DNA of 64,000 nucleotides from the human T2T-CHM13v2.0 reference genome, Homo sapiens, in assembly GCF_009914755.1 (NCBI RefSeq), contig NC_060926.1; one strand, written 5' to 3'. Both the position numbers and the translations under genes were made by a program. This document shows, piece after piece, positions 51,225-64,000 of this stretch. Position 1 is the stretch's first letter, and each line of letters opens with the position of its first letter. The notes below the pieces were generated by a model. That model was not told where the DNA came from and did no database searches. It saw nothing but the letters and a program-made list of their open reading frames with translations.

Positions 51225-51750
51225 AGGAGACTTTTGATTCAGCGCTAACATGTAAAGCTTGAAAGTCATCACTCCCATCCCTAAAACAAGAAAACAGTAG
51301 AACAAACTGAAAATCAACAACTGTTCTTGAACTGTTCAGAGAACTGAGGTCCCAGGGCAAAGGACCACCCTGAAATCTGGAGACCCAGGAGAATATAGAG
51401 ATCACAGCCGAGATCTGCTTATCTGAAGTGGAAGCTGTTGGAGCCAGAAACTGGCAGGAACACCTGCGCGGTAATTTTGACAAATGGCTGGAAATGTTAG
51501 TGTGGACTAGGATGACAGTGAGAAACTCCTGGGGGATTAAGAAGACCTTCATGCTTTCTTAGGTCAATCTCCACAAGCCCTACCAGGGGAAATATACACA
51601 GGAAAGAGCCAACAAATATCTCCTCATAGCTCTGGCAAGGGGAGGAGAAAAGTAATTATTTTGAATACACCATGAGCATTCTCCATCAGAAAGGCCTACT
51701 CTCCAAGAGAAAGGACTTCACCAGAGCCTTACTCCACCTAGGCCAGAAAC
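51225..51750 (+). mobile_element. Old L1 5' UTR fragment (L1MC/L1MD-like)
   Basis: aaagcttgaaagtcatcactccc...gaacaaactgaaaatcaacaact...cagagaactgaggtc. Confidence 0.6.
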
Positions 51751-53255
51751 TCAGACCTACACAAAACAGACTGGGGAGCAGGTGGGAGTGGAAGTTGATA
51801 GTTATTGCAACATTCATAAAAAGCAAAACTACAGGTTGTTTTTTCCCATGAAGAATCTAGAAAAGATAGGGCCTAGAGGAAGTAGAAAAAGCAAGCCAAG
51901 TAGCAACTTTGTTAGAAAAGGACAGTTTAAGGTCATGGACAGGGAAGGAAATAGTGAACCATCTCCCCAGAGAGCAGAATGAAGGTGCTATCTCTGAGCC
52001 ATGGCTGTCCTGGAGAGAAATGAGCCCTCCTCTTCCACAGCAGACTCATTTGAGTCTGGACATCAAATGAGTGGATACAGTGCTTTCCAGGTATGCTGGA
52101 CACTTGAAAGCTCCCTGGACAGAGGGTAAGAGATTCAGTTACCTTGGGTGGAGACAAGGGCATCGAGGGAGACCTTTGCTATCTGACCTAGGTAGACCTA
52201 AAGAAAACCCATGGAGAATTTGTTCTTGTACCAACACTTCATCACAGGTTGCAAACTTCCCTTCACCAATGGGGTGTATGTTTCTGGAAACTGGAGCAAT
52301 GTTAGCAATTTTCAACATTGCTGTACGCTCCTAAGGTCACAGGATCACCTGAAAACACATTCACACTGGAAGTCAGCATTCTCTTCCTTACAAATCCCCC
52401 CAGATCATGGCAAATTTCTAGGCTTTTTATTTTTTAATGACTATCCCTCATGTAGTTGTGGATCAGAGCCCACAGGTTGCACAGATGCTGATGATGTTCA
52501 TCCTAACATTATAGAATTCCCCAATTCCTGGTTGTCTGTCAGTCTTTACCCTGTAGCTCCTCAAGCATTTCCTAGAAAGAACCTGAAACTACTATAAAAC
52601 TTATATTTTAATATTCAGGAAGTACCCTTGTTTTTGTTTTCCAGCAGATCCAGCCCAACCACTTGCATTTTCTCAGTCATTTTAGTTAAAACTATTTGTC
52701 AGGGTACAGCCTAAATGGCAGACAGGCCACATCACAGTACACAGGACCCTGTCAGAAAGGTTATCTTTGATGAGGTAACTCTGGTTTCACTGCCATTTCT
52801 GTGGCAGCACCTGGACATTCATGGGATACTGGAACTTGAGGTAGCCCCCAAAGTCCAAGAAATGAGACACAAGAGGATTCTCACTTTCAGTAATCTCCAT
52901 GCTGGTTTATTTCTATGTCTTTGTGACTGTTTACAATCTGAACATCACAGACTGCATTAGTGAAATTTAGTTGTTTACTATGAGTGAATGAATGAATGGC
53001 TGAATAAAAACATATCAGAAAGCAATGTTAAATACATACTTAAACTCTCTTTCTAAAGGGAGCTCTCTAACTGCCGCCCTCTGGAGAAAAGGCATCTTAA
53101 TTTTCCACTTCCTATATTTATGGTAGAAAAATATAGGAAGTATGTGGAGGTGAGACACCCAAATGGGAGGATGGCTTCACAAGTAAATATTGGCCCTCAG
53201 AACTGATGAGGTCCCTGGCCTGGTGTACTGAACTCAGAATAAAGCACTGGAGTGA

Positions 53256-53776
53256 GCAGTTGGACTCATTTCCCAGGCTGCTGTAGCAAGTTCTCACAAA
53301 CTTGGGAACTTAAAGCAACAGAAATGTATTTTCTCACAGTTCTGGAGGCCACAAGTCAAAAATCAAAGTGTTGTCAGGGTTGGGGAGACTCTGAGGGAGA
53401 ATACCTTCCATGCCTCTCTCATGGTTCCTGGGTGGCTGTTGGCAATCTTTGCCATTCCTTGGTTTGTAGACACGTTGCTGCAATTTCTACCTCCATCATC
53501 ATGTGGCCTTCCCCTGTGTTTCTCTGAGTCTCAAATCTTTCTCTCATTTCTCTTACAAGAAAACCAGACACTGGATTTTGGGCCCACCCAAAAACCAGAC
53601 ACTGGATTTTGGGCCCACCCGAAAGCCAGACACTGGATTTTGGGCCCACCCTAAAACCAGGGTGATCTCATCTTAAGATTCTTAATAACATCTGCACAGA
53701 GCTTATTTCCAAATAAGGTCACATTCACAGGTACCAGGAATACCTTGTCTTATTGGGACCACTATATAACCTACCA
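53256..53776 (-). mobile_element. MaLR LTR (MLT1B/C-like)
   Basis: cacaaacttgggaacttaaagcaacagaaatgtattttctcacagttctggaggc; tttccaaataaggtcacattcacaggtacc. Confidence 0.88.
53560..53660. repeat. 31-bp tandem repeat, ~3.25 copies, inside the MLT1
   Basis: aaaaccagacactggattttgggcccacccN three times plus aaaaccag. Confidence 0.95.
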
Positions 53777-54109
53777 AAGAGGTGACAGTACCTTAGCTAT
53801 AGTCAGTGCACCAAGAGACCATATCACAGGCCTTAGCTCTAGTTCTCAGTGGCTCCAAGGATGAGGGAAAATCAACATAATAACAGCATACTGGATTGTC
53901 TACACACACACATACACACACACCCATTGTAGTGGTTTTTGGAAATTATTTCAGGGACAAGTAGTGTTATAGAGATCAGTGCTTCCCAAGGTGAAATTAA
54001 AATAAATATGTATGTGATAGTCTCACCATCTTAATAAAAAAGGTAGCTGTTTAGTGGCAGCACTAGCAAAGTAACTTGTTAAAGCTCTTCAAAAGAATTT
54101 GCCCTTGAA

Positions 54110-54241
54110 GCTGGGTGCAGTGGCATGCACTTGTGGTCCCTCCTACTTGGGAGGTTGAGGTGGGAGGATTGCTTGAGCCCAAGAGTTTGGGCCCAGCCTG
54201 GGCAACATAGACTCTGTCTCTAAAACAAACGAAAAAAAAAA
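54110..54241 (+). mobile_element. FLAM (free left Alu monomer)
   Basis: gctgggtgcagtggcatgcac...gggaggattgcttgagcccaagagtttg...gggcaacatagactctgtctct plus A tail. Confidence 0.85.
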
Positions 54242-55459
54242 TATTCTTTTAAATGATTAAATCGCCTACTTCTTCCAACTTGTTTACTTGATGACTTTAA
54301 TAAACCAAATTTTTTAACCTGATCAGATGGTACTTCTTATGAAATGTGAATAAATTAAGTGTGAGTTGATGACGTGCCCTGATGCTGAATTTACCCATCA
54401 GTATGTGTCTGAACAAGATGTAATGCCACTTTTCCAGCCTTAGAAGTCAATGTTTGATTATGCAGCTGATTCCAATGACTTCTAAATAAAAGATGGAAAC
54501 AAACTTCATCAGTTAAAAATTAGAGTAGTATTACTGAGATGCTTACCACATATTCTTGTGTATAAAGCACTGAAAAAGGTACAAGTGGGAGGATGACTTT
54601 TTATAAATTTTTAATAGTTGATGTCATAGTCATTGAACTTTATATTTTGACCATGATATTATTTTATTTAAAAAATAGATTAGGTAAACTATGCATAAAG
54701 CTAGAAATGAAAAGGGAATCTGTAAACCCCAAGGTCTTATGAAAAGGAGTCATAACTCTCAGCAAATGTGTAAGTTAATATATATACATGTATAGGCTGC
54801 AATTACCCAAGCATTACAAAGAATCCAGGCAAAAGTTAACTCTACCCTGTTGAATGTATGCCAAAAGCCATAATATTTTATTTTAATACAACAAAGACTA
54901 TATCAAACATCCTGGAATCTGGATCAAAGTACCTAAGAATTGAATTATTTTGACAAAATACAGGTTGGACACTCATATCCTTTTCGTAAGGAAATGAAAA
55001 TTCCTTACAAAAAGGAAAAGTGAAAATTCCTTTTTCATATCATCCACTCTGGTATAATGCAAAGTGCCTTTACACTAATACAAATATATAACATCTTGGC
55101 TTTGCCACTTATCGGTCATAAGGCTAGGGAAAAAAAAAAATCTCCCAAACAATGTGAACTATGAATTCCATAACTAAAAAGTGGAAGCGTAATACCCTTC
55201 TTGCAAGGTCTTTGTGAAGGTTATAAATAATAAGGATAAAGTGTCTGATTTTGAGTGTCTACTGCTATTCCTAGGCTGTGGTCTTTCATTAGGTGAGTCT
55301 AAGAGACCATAGTTAGGTGGGTTTGGCTACTTCATGTAGCTCTGTGTCGAGGGAAAAAAGGACAGATTTCAATGTTAATTTGTAGATTGCATTTCCATAT
55401 AAAAATCTGGCTCTTTTACATTTCTTTAATTACGACTAAGGAGCAGTGTGGTATTCATA

Positions 55460-55937
55460 ATGTGACAGACACAAAGATGTGCCACTCACATCCTCCTTCA
55501 AGAAAGCACTCGCTGCCCAGCTGTGAGGAGTGTGGTTTGCCCCTGGCCTCCAGCTGTTAGTCCTTCAGGGTCTGCTTCAGCTTTCCGGTACATTTCACAC
55601 ATGAGCACTGCTAGTTGTGCGGTGGACCCTAGCCAATGACTGAGTCGGGCAGTGGTAGCCAAGAGCCTGTTCTCGCAGCAGCCTCCTGCCAATGACTGAA
55701 CAGGGAGTGAGGCAAGGCCCAGCCACTTCCACCCAACGCAGATTCCTCTCATGGGCAGGTGTGCTCCCAAGCTTCCCACTGGGCTGGCAGAGGCTTGGTC
55801 AGGTTGGCATCATGACTGACAGCACCCCTGCCCAGTCCTGCTCCCTTCCTTTTCTGTTCCCAGGCGTACTCCCCAATAAATAGTTTGCACTCCTAACAGC
55901 CACAATGTCTGCTTCCAGAGAACCCAAATTGTAACAC
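55460..55937 (+). mobile_element. ERVL solo LTR (LTR16 group)
   Basis: tgtgacagac...cagctgttagtccttcaggg...gccaatgactga...caataaa...gtctgcttccagagaacccaaattgtaaca. Confidence 0.7.
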
Positions 55938-57165
55938 ATAAAAAAATGTTTCAGAGATGTATCTTACTAAGCCACAATAACAACAACAACAACAAATCCT
56001 GGTAGAAGAACTAATGGAAATGCAGAGGTTCTTCATTACTTTGCCTAAAACCTCCCAGACCAGGTATCTACTCTATCCTAAATGAACAATTCATAGCTTC
56101 AGTCTGTTCCTGTTAGTGTTAAGCCAATATTAGTATTTTTCTGTTTGGTCCAGTGGGAATTTGCTTGCTTTGAGTTGAGCCTGCTTCGTCATGTATTCTC
56201 TGTGTCTCTGTGAAGATGAAGAAAAAAGCAGCTACACTGTGATTCAAGACACTGAAGCCATTCTTTTATATTGATTAAAATTCTCAACTTCTTTAAATAT
56301 CCCTCTGAGGTCTTATTTTCCAAGCTATTCATCATTTTTATTGCTTTTCTCTGGAAATTATCCAAACTCTGCACCCTGCATCTGTCTTCAGATGCAGTTT
56401 CAAACTCCTTGCAGGTCTCTAGTAACAACCTGGCTATTGCAGAATAAGACAGAGAAGCTCAATGGCCGTAACTACTGACAAGAACTCACTATAAAAACTA
56501 GGGATACAAGTTTTCTAGATACGTTCACCTTTATCATTCAGTAATCGCATAATATTTAATATTTTACTTGTTTTTACCCCCTTACTCAAGAGATTTTTGA
56601 TAGTATTATTTAAAATGTACCAAGAATCAGTAATATACAAAGAATGACTCCAGCAGAAACACAAAACATGGTTTTCTATCAATTCTGTAAATAAACATTT
56701 TATAAATCTTCCTATTAAAATAATACTACTGGCACTTATACCCACACATGTCCCTGAAAGTGATGGCAAATGACACAATAGAATGAAAAGGCCCAATGCT
56801 TTTGTCTTCTATTAATGTTTATTCTTTTAAAATAAATGCAAAGATTGCCATTGACTCTGTTTGCAGTCCATTTTCTTTATTAGCCAGCTTTCCTGGCCTC
56901 CACAATCTGGTATATGATCTGCCTTTCTAGCACATTCTCCAAGAATCCCTTCACTCACTTTAAATTCCACCAAACTGAACTGTACACCATTTCTCTGCAA
57001 ACAGTGCTGCTTTCCTTAGCTCTCTGCCTTACTTAGCATTTCATACATCCTCAAATGCATTTCCTCCCCCATTCAAATAGTTTGTCATCCAAAACCCAAT
57101 CTGAAAACCTCCTTTGCCTTGAAGCCCTTTCTAATGCCCACAGTTGTACTTCCTCCCTTCTCTGA

Positions 57166-57611
<446 letters not shown>

Positions 57612-58143
57612 TGGCTTGTTTTTTCTGTGTACTCCCTCCACCTTTCTGCCAAATATTCATCCAATAAGTTACTGGATTGGTCACAAATATGTGCCAGGCA
57701 CTCAAGTAAGTACTGGAAATATAACTACAAGCAAAGTTGTCTTGGAACCTATCCACAGGGAACTTAACAGGAAGAACTACTGAAAATGCAATGACCGCAG
57801 TCCACAGTGAGCCTAGGGCTCTTGGGCCACTGTAGGAGACATAGGTAAGGCTCCTAATCCAGACTTTAAGATCAGAGAACTCTAACAAAGACTAAACTGC
57901 AAGCATTTAGCCAGGAGAATAAGCAAGGTGGCAATGATAGTTACAGGTAGAGAAATAGCTCTGAAAATGACAGGAGTGAGACAGCACTGTAGTGTCAAAG
58001 CATGGCGGGGAGCATGAGAATGGTGGGGCCAGAACTGAAAGTGAGAGGTGAGGCTCAGATGTGAGCAGAAGCTGATCAGGACAGGCCTTTTAAGACAGTG
58101 AGGGAGATCACCTATTAGCCCAAGGAAAATGGCAAGTAACTGA

Positions 58144-58499
<356 letters not shown>

Positions 58500-59281
58500 A
58501 GAATTTACATTTTCAAATGATCCTTCCTAACTGAAAGGGTCATTTGGTTGCAAGAGACAGGGAACTGGGAGATTACTTAGTAGCGTTAGTAGTCCCTTAA
58601 GTCTTAGTAGCGTTAGTAACTAAGTTGCTAACTTAGTAGGGTAAGTAAATAACTTATTAGCATTGCCAATAATCCAGGCAAGTTTCAATAGGTGGTGTGA
58701 TATGAGACATATACCCATATATTGCAAACAAATATAATATGCCAAGTTCCAAGTCAAATGCATATCTGCCAGCTTTCACCCTCTCCATGAATAAAATTTA
58801 AGTGAAAATAAACAACTACTCCATATCAGTGGGGGCCTCCGACTGTCCTGTGCCAGACTGCCTCATCTAACATGTGCATTTTTAACACACCTGGTGCCAT
58901 TTTAGCATTTCAGCTGTGACTATCACAGAGAAATTCACTGAGTTTCCAAGTGTTGCTGCAGTTCATGATTCATGTGGTTAATCAATCAATACTGCAAGCA
59001 TTTTTATTTTTGTAACAGATATAATTACTATACTTAATTGATAAGCACTGAGGACAAACATTTAAAAAACATATCCAAGAAAGCCCACTAAAAAGGAATG
59101 ATATCGTATTTTCTTCCCCAAATTCCTTTGACGACAGGCAAAATCAGCAGGCACTTTTGCTACTGCCTTTGTTTAAAACTGATTGGTAGATGAGAAGTAG
59201 TTTAGATGTTACTTCATTGGGAGTTTACATTTTTGGTCGGGAAATAGCACAGATCTCCCTGTGTAATATAAAACTATTTTT

Positions 59282-59688
<407 letters not shown>

Positions 59689-59718
59689 TCAGCGTTCTCT
59701 TCCCAGCAGATCACGTGG

Positions 59719-60057
59719 TGTGTCTTAGTTCAGGCTGCTATCACAAAGTACTATAGACTGAGTGGCTTATAAATAATACACGTTTATTTCTCACAGTTCT
59801 AGAGGCTGAAAGTCTGAGATCAGAGTGCCAGCATGGTCAGGTTCTGGTAAGGGGCCTCTTCCTTGCAGACAGCCAACTTTTTATATCCTCACATGGTAGA
59901 AAGAGAATAAAGGAGCTCTCTGGGATCCCTTTTATAAAGGCACCAATTCCATTCATAAAGGCTCTCCCCTCATGACCTAATTACCTCCCAAAGGTCCCAC
60001 CTTCTGATACCATTTCACATACAAATTTGGCGGGGGATAGACATTTAGTCCATTTCA
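59719..60057 (-). mobile_element. MaLR LTR (MLT1A-like)
   Basis: tgtcttagttcaggctgctatcacaaagtactatagactgagtggctta...ctcatgacctaattacctcccaaagg. Confidence 0.88.
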
Positions 60058-61199
60058 TAGTGTTATGGTGAGAAACTGGGAATTGTCTTAATAGCTACCA
60101 TAGCAACTATCTAGTTCACACCAAAAAGAAGGACCCTACATAAACCATTTTGAAACAGGCCATCCTTTTTGGTGAATGTCCTCTATCATCTAATTGACTC
60201 AAAAATTAAATAGTTAACTTGTTCAGTTACCTAAGCACATATTTATTTTAAACCAGATATACAATCATTTTAACTTGAAGTATGTACCAAGAAATTATAT
60301 TGCTCACGACAGTGTTCTATGGACTCTTAATAGAGCTGTTTTTATTATTTGGCTCTGTTTGGTCTTACAGATGAGATGAGTATTTGGTTGTACCTATTGT
60401 AAAAAACAAAGCAAAACATAAACGCCTAGGCTGTGGCTCTGTTATATGCATATTCAAGCCTGATTTGTCCACATATATACGAGCTAAAATGGTTCAAAAC
60501 TTGAAGTTTGTGGATTTTCTTGGCCAGGCTTTGCCCAGAACCTTCAGCTGGGCATGCCTCCTTGTCAGGCTTCTAACTTTCATAAAGAAGTGACAGTTGT
60601 CCCTATCATCACAGATCTTGCTCAGCTAACTGATAGAAAATAAATCTATACACAGTAGCAGAAAAGATTAATTGCAAAGCCCAACAACCTGTCACAGAAA
60701 AGGACCTTGAATTCTTTGTTCCTCAGTAGAAGACTGAAGAATATGCAATCCATGTATTCCTTTAGCTGTTCAAAAATCTTCACTGGATCAAGCCTTATAA
60801 ACGAATTATGTAATTGGATGGCACCTTTTGTTTTCCTAGTTAAATCACTTTTTTCTCAATGTGCTTCAACAGTCTCTCATCAGCATATTTTGTGAGATAA
60901 TATGAAAAGAGAATCCTATAATACTCAGAATCTATTTATTTTACTCTAAGGGTATCATCAACTATATTGTTTCTTGTGTTACCTGCTGACCTCTTTAAGA
61001 GAACTCCTAGGATAAATTTCTTGAAGGTCTTAGTGCCAGAAAGAGCTGGGATTCCCCCAAGGCAATTGGACTCACTTTTATTTTTTATGGATGCAGTGAA
61101 TCAGAGACCTGGTTATGTTCCTGTCTTTGTGTTGCCTGCTAGAAATCTTACAGCCAAATCAGTGGCTCACGGATTCACATTAAATTACTCTATGCATTT

Positions 61200-61770
61200 T
61201 TTCTTATTACAAAAAGATAACATAATTATTAAAGAAAGATGTAAAATTCTGACAAGAAAAAAGAACATAAAAATTACTTGTATTCTCACTATTCCAAGAT
61301 GATCACTGTTGTTTTGTTAATTTTTTAGAGCTTTATTCCTATGTATATGTCCTTTTAGTCTTTTCTAAAAATAGAATCATATTACGTATCTCTATTACTT
61401 GCTCTTTTCATTCGATAGTTTACTGTGAAAATAAATTACATATTATTAAATATCCTGCTGCAACATTTTTAATGACTGTTGAGAATAAACATTCCATAGA
61501 TGTACCAACATCCATTCAACTATTCCCTTATAATTATTTATGTTCTTTCCATGTTTGTGTTATGAATATTTTCTGATGAATATCTTTATTACAGTATCTT
61601 TATAATAATCTTTTATGAAAATCTTTTATTTCTTTAAGAACACATTTGTAGAAGTAAAGTGATTAGGTCAAAATGTGTGTAAAATTATAAGGTTACTGTT
61701 AGAAATTAAGAAATTGCTCTTTAAAAGGCTGTATACGTTTTTCGTCCAACCAGCGGTTTTATTAAATCTC
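61200..61770 (-). mobile_element. Ancient L1ME 3' UTR fragment
   Basis: aaaaatagaatcatattac; ttttaatgactg...attccatagatgtacc; agaagtaaagtgattaggtcaaa. Confidence 0.65.
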
Positions 61771-62254
61771 AAACATTAGTTACAGAAGGCTGTTTGTATT
61801 ATTTGACACTTCACACACATGAGCATGTAGGCACACACACACACATTCACAGAAACACTGAGCACGGGTGCTGCTGCTGGGCTAGTTTAATAGATATGGA
61901 TATGGCGGCCACCAGCTTACCCTCTGGGCCTGGCCCCACAGGGAATAGATGGGCCCCAACATCACATCTCTGCTCCATGATTCTGACTAAAACAAGCGAA
62001 GAGTAGACAGTTGGTCTAAGTTAGATCATTTTACACTTTCTCTTGAATTTTCACAAAGGAAAGAAGAGACACAGAAACTGGAAATGGTTGGACTTACCAT
62101 TTCCAAGGAATAGAAGGCCCCCTGCCCCCATGAGAATATTCACAAATTCCTGCTGCTGAAATCCTAAAAACTATTATAAGCCTCTCCTCTCTGAGACATC
62201 GTTTTCATCAATACCAAGCCATGCTGACCTAGCCAACAAACAATGATTGAAACA

Positions 62255-62490
62255 GTAATAAAACTAACATTTATTGGACATTCATGATGAAACAGGCGAT
62301 GTTCTTAGAGCTTCATCTATATTGTTTCACTCAGTCTTTATAACGAGCTTATGAGGTAGGTAACATAAAGACCTTGATTTTAGAGATGAGGAAGCTGAAA
62401 CACAGACAGGTTAACTGATTTGCCCACTTACCTAAGGTCACATGGCTCATAAGCAGCAGGGTGAAGATTTGAATCAACAAAGGCCATATT
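62255..62490 (-). mobile_element. MIR
   Basis: ttttagagatgaggaagctgaaacacagacaggttaa...cctaaggtcacatggct. Confidence 0.8.
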
Positions 62491-62977
62491 CCTAATTATT
62501 ACACTGGAGTGGCCTCTACCCTTCAGGAAGTCGTAGAAACCCGATCTCAACACAACCCAAAGGAGCCATGTTGTAGCCACCACTGACATGGGCAGTGCAC
62601 CAATAGCTTCCGCTAATCCAGTGCTCACTGTGGCCCCAGAGAACAGCAAACTGGACTTGGGATGGCTGCAGATTCAGCAGATGGTCACCTGAGGAACATC
62701 CACCAGGGACAGGAGGGTGCGTCCTGCTCCAACACACAAATCATATTCTCCCTCTACTGTGGCTAGAGAGGTTGGATGTGGTTGTTTACCTGTCACCCTA
62801 GGATACATTTACCCTTACTGATCCAGGAAGAGATGTAATTTAGACCCTAAGGTTGGGAACTTTTTCAGTTTTTAAATTATATCAGGAGATCCATGCAGGC
62901 TTCACCTGGAAAGCAAGCACTGGGAAACAAGCCAGAGAGACATCAGCATGCCAAGAGGCAGGAAATAGATTATCCTA

Positions 62978-63346
<369 letters not shown>

Positions 63347-64000
63347 TCAGATTGTTGGTTTTACTTGTATAAATTGTAATATAAGTATTTTAATTATTGA
63401 AGACTTTGGAGGTATATGAATTTTCAGTAGCCAACATGCCATTCTGAATTGAGAATATGAAGGGATACAGAATGGATGGTGACGATGATTTATTTCGTAA
63501 TGACTTTGGGTCCTACAGTAGGTCTACACCACCTTAATTTTAAAAATAGCATCACACTAAGAGTCAGAAAACCAGTATTTCTCAATTTTACCAGCTCTCC
63601 CTAATTTTAGTCTCTAATTGCCCTTAAATCCCTTCTAAATCATTCTGAGTAGCCAGGCACTGATTTTGCTTCTCTATGGCACAGGCCATTTTCTCTACTC
63701 TTTTCCAGCCCTCTGTGGCCATTCCCTCCATGTCCGCTGTCCTACTGATGTCCCTGATGGCACCACTGCTGCTATAGAAACCAACTATAGGGGCCTATGT
63801 CACTGTAACTTTCACCAGATCTCTGCAGAGGCCTTCAGTGCCTGCTCTTCCAGCATTAAGGCCTCTGAGGAGATGCCATTTCCTGTCCCTGCAGGAGGTG
63901 CCAGCACCAGAGTGTCTGCCTCTGGCACACTCTCTGGTCCTCAAAGAGCACAGGCACACAGCCTCCTGGAGTCATCACTTTCCACATTGCAGCCACTTCA

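Noticed and set aside
63680-64000. GC-richer stretch at the window end
   Set aside because: Could not be assigned to a repeat or gene; truncated by the window edge

Overview
Repeat-dense primate genomic DNA, very probably human given an undecayed AluYc1-type insertion. It looks intergenic or intronic, and I can support no cellular protein-coding gene. The first 10.3 kb is a composite retroviral locus. It starts with a two-LTR, pol/env-deleted HERV-H provirus (452-7140) whose 5' LTR has lost its TATA box. A ~120-bp palindrome-rich filler follows. Next is a second, LTR-less HERV-H gag-pro-pol segment of a different, undeleted lineage (~7263-9974). That segment is fused through an 8-nt microhomology to the 3' end and A-tail of an L1PA7/8-type LINE, which looks like an L1 template-switch chimera. 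The rest of the window holds a near-complete Tigger1 with a nested MER41A LTR, a 7.4-kb L1MA-type element, other L1/L2/MIR fragments, about ten Alus, several solo LTRs, local tandem duplications and fold-back palindromes. Subfamily names come from recalled consensus sequences and need RepeatMasker/Dfam confirmation. I see no new enzymatic system; the HERV-H/L1 chimera behind an intact LTR promoter is the best candidate for something undescribed.
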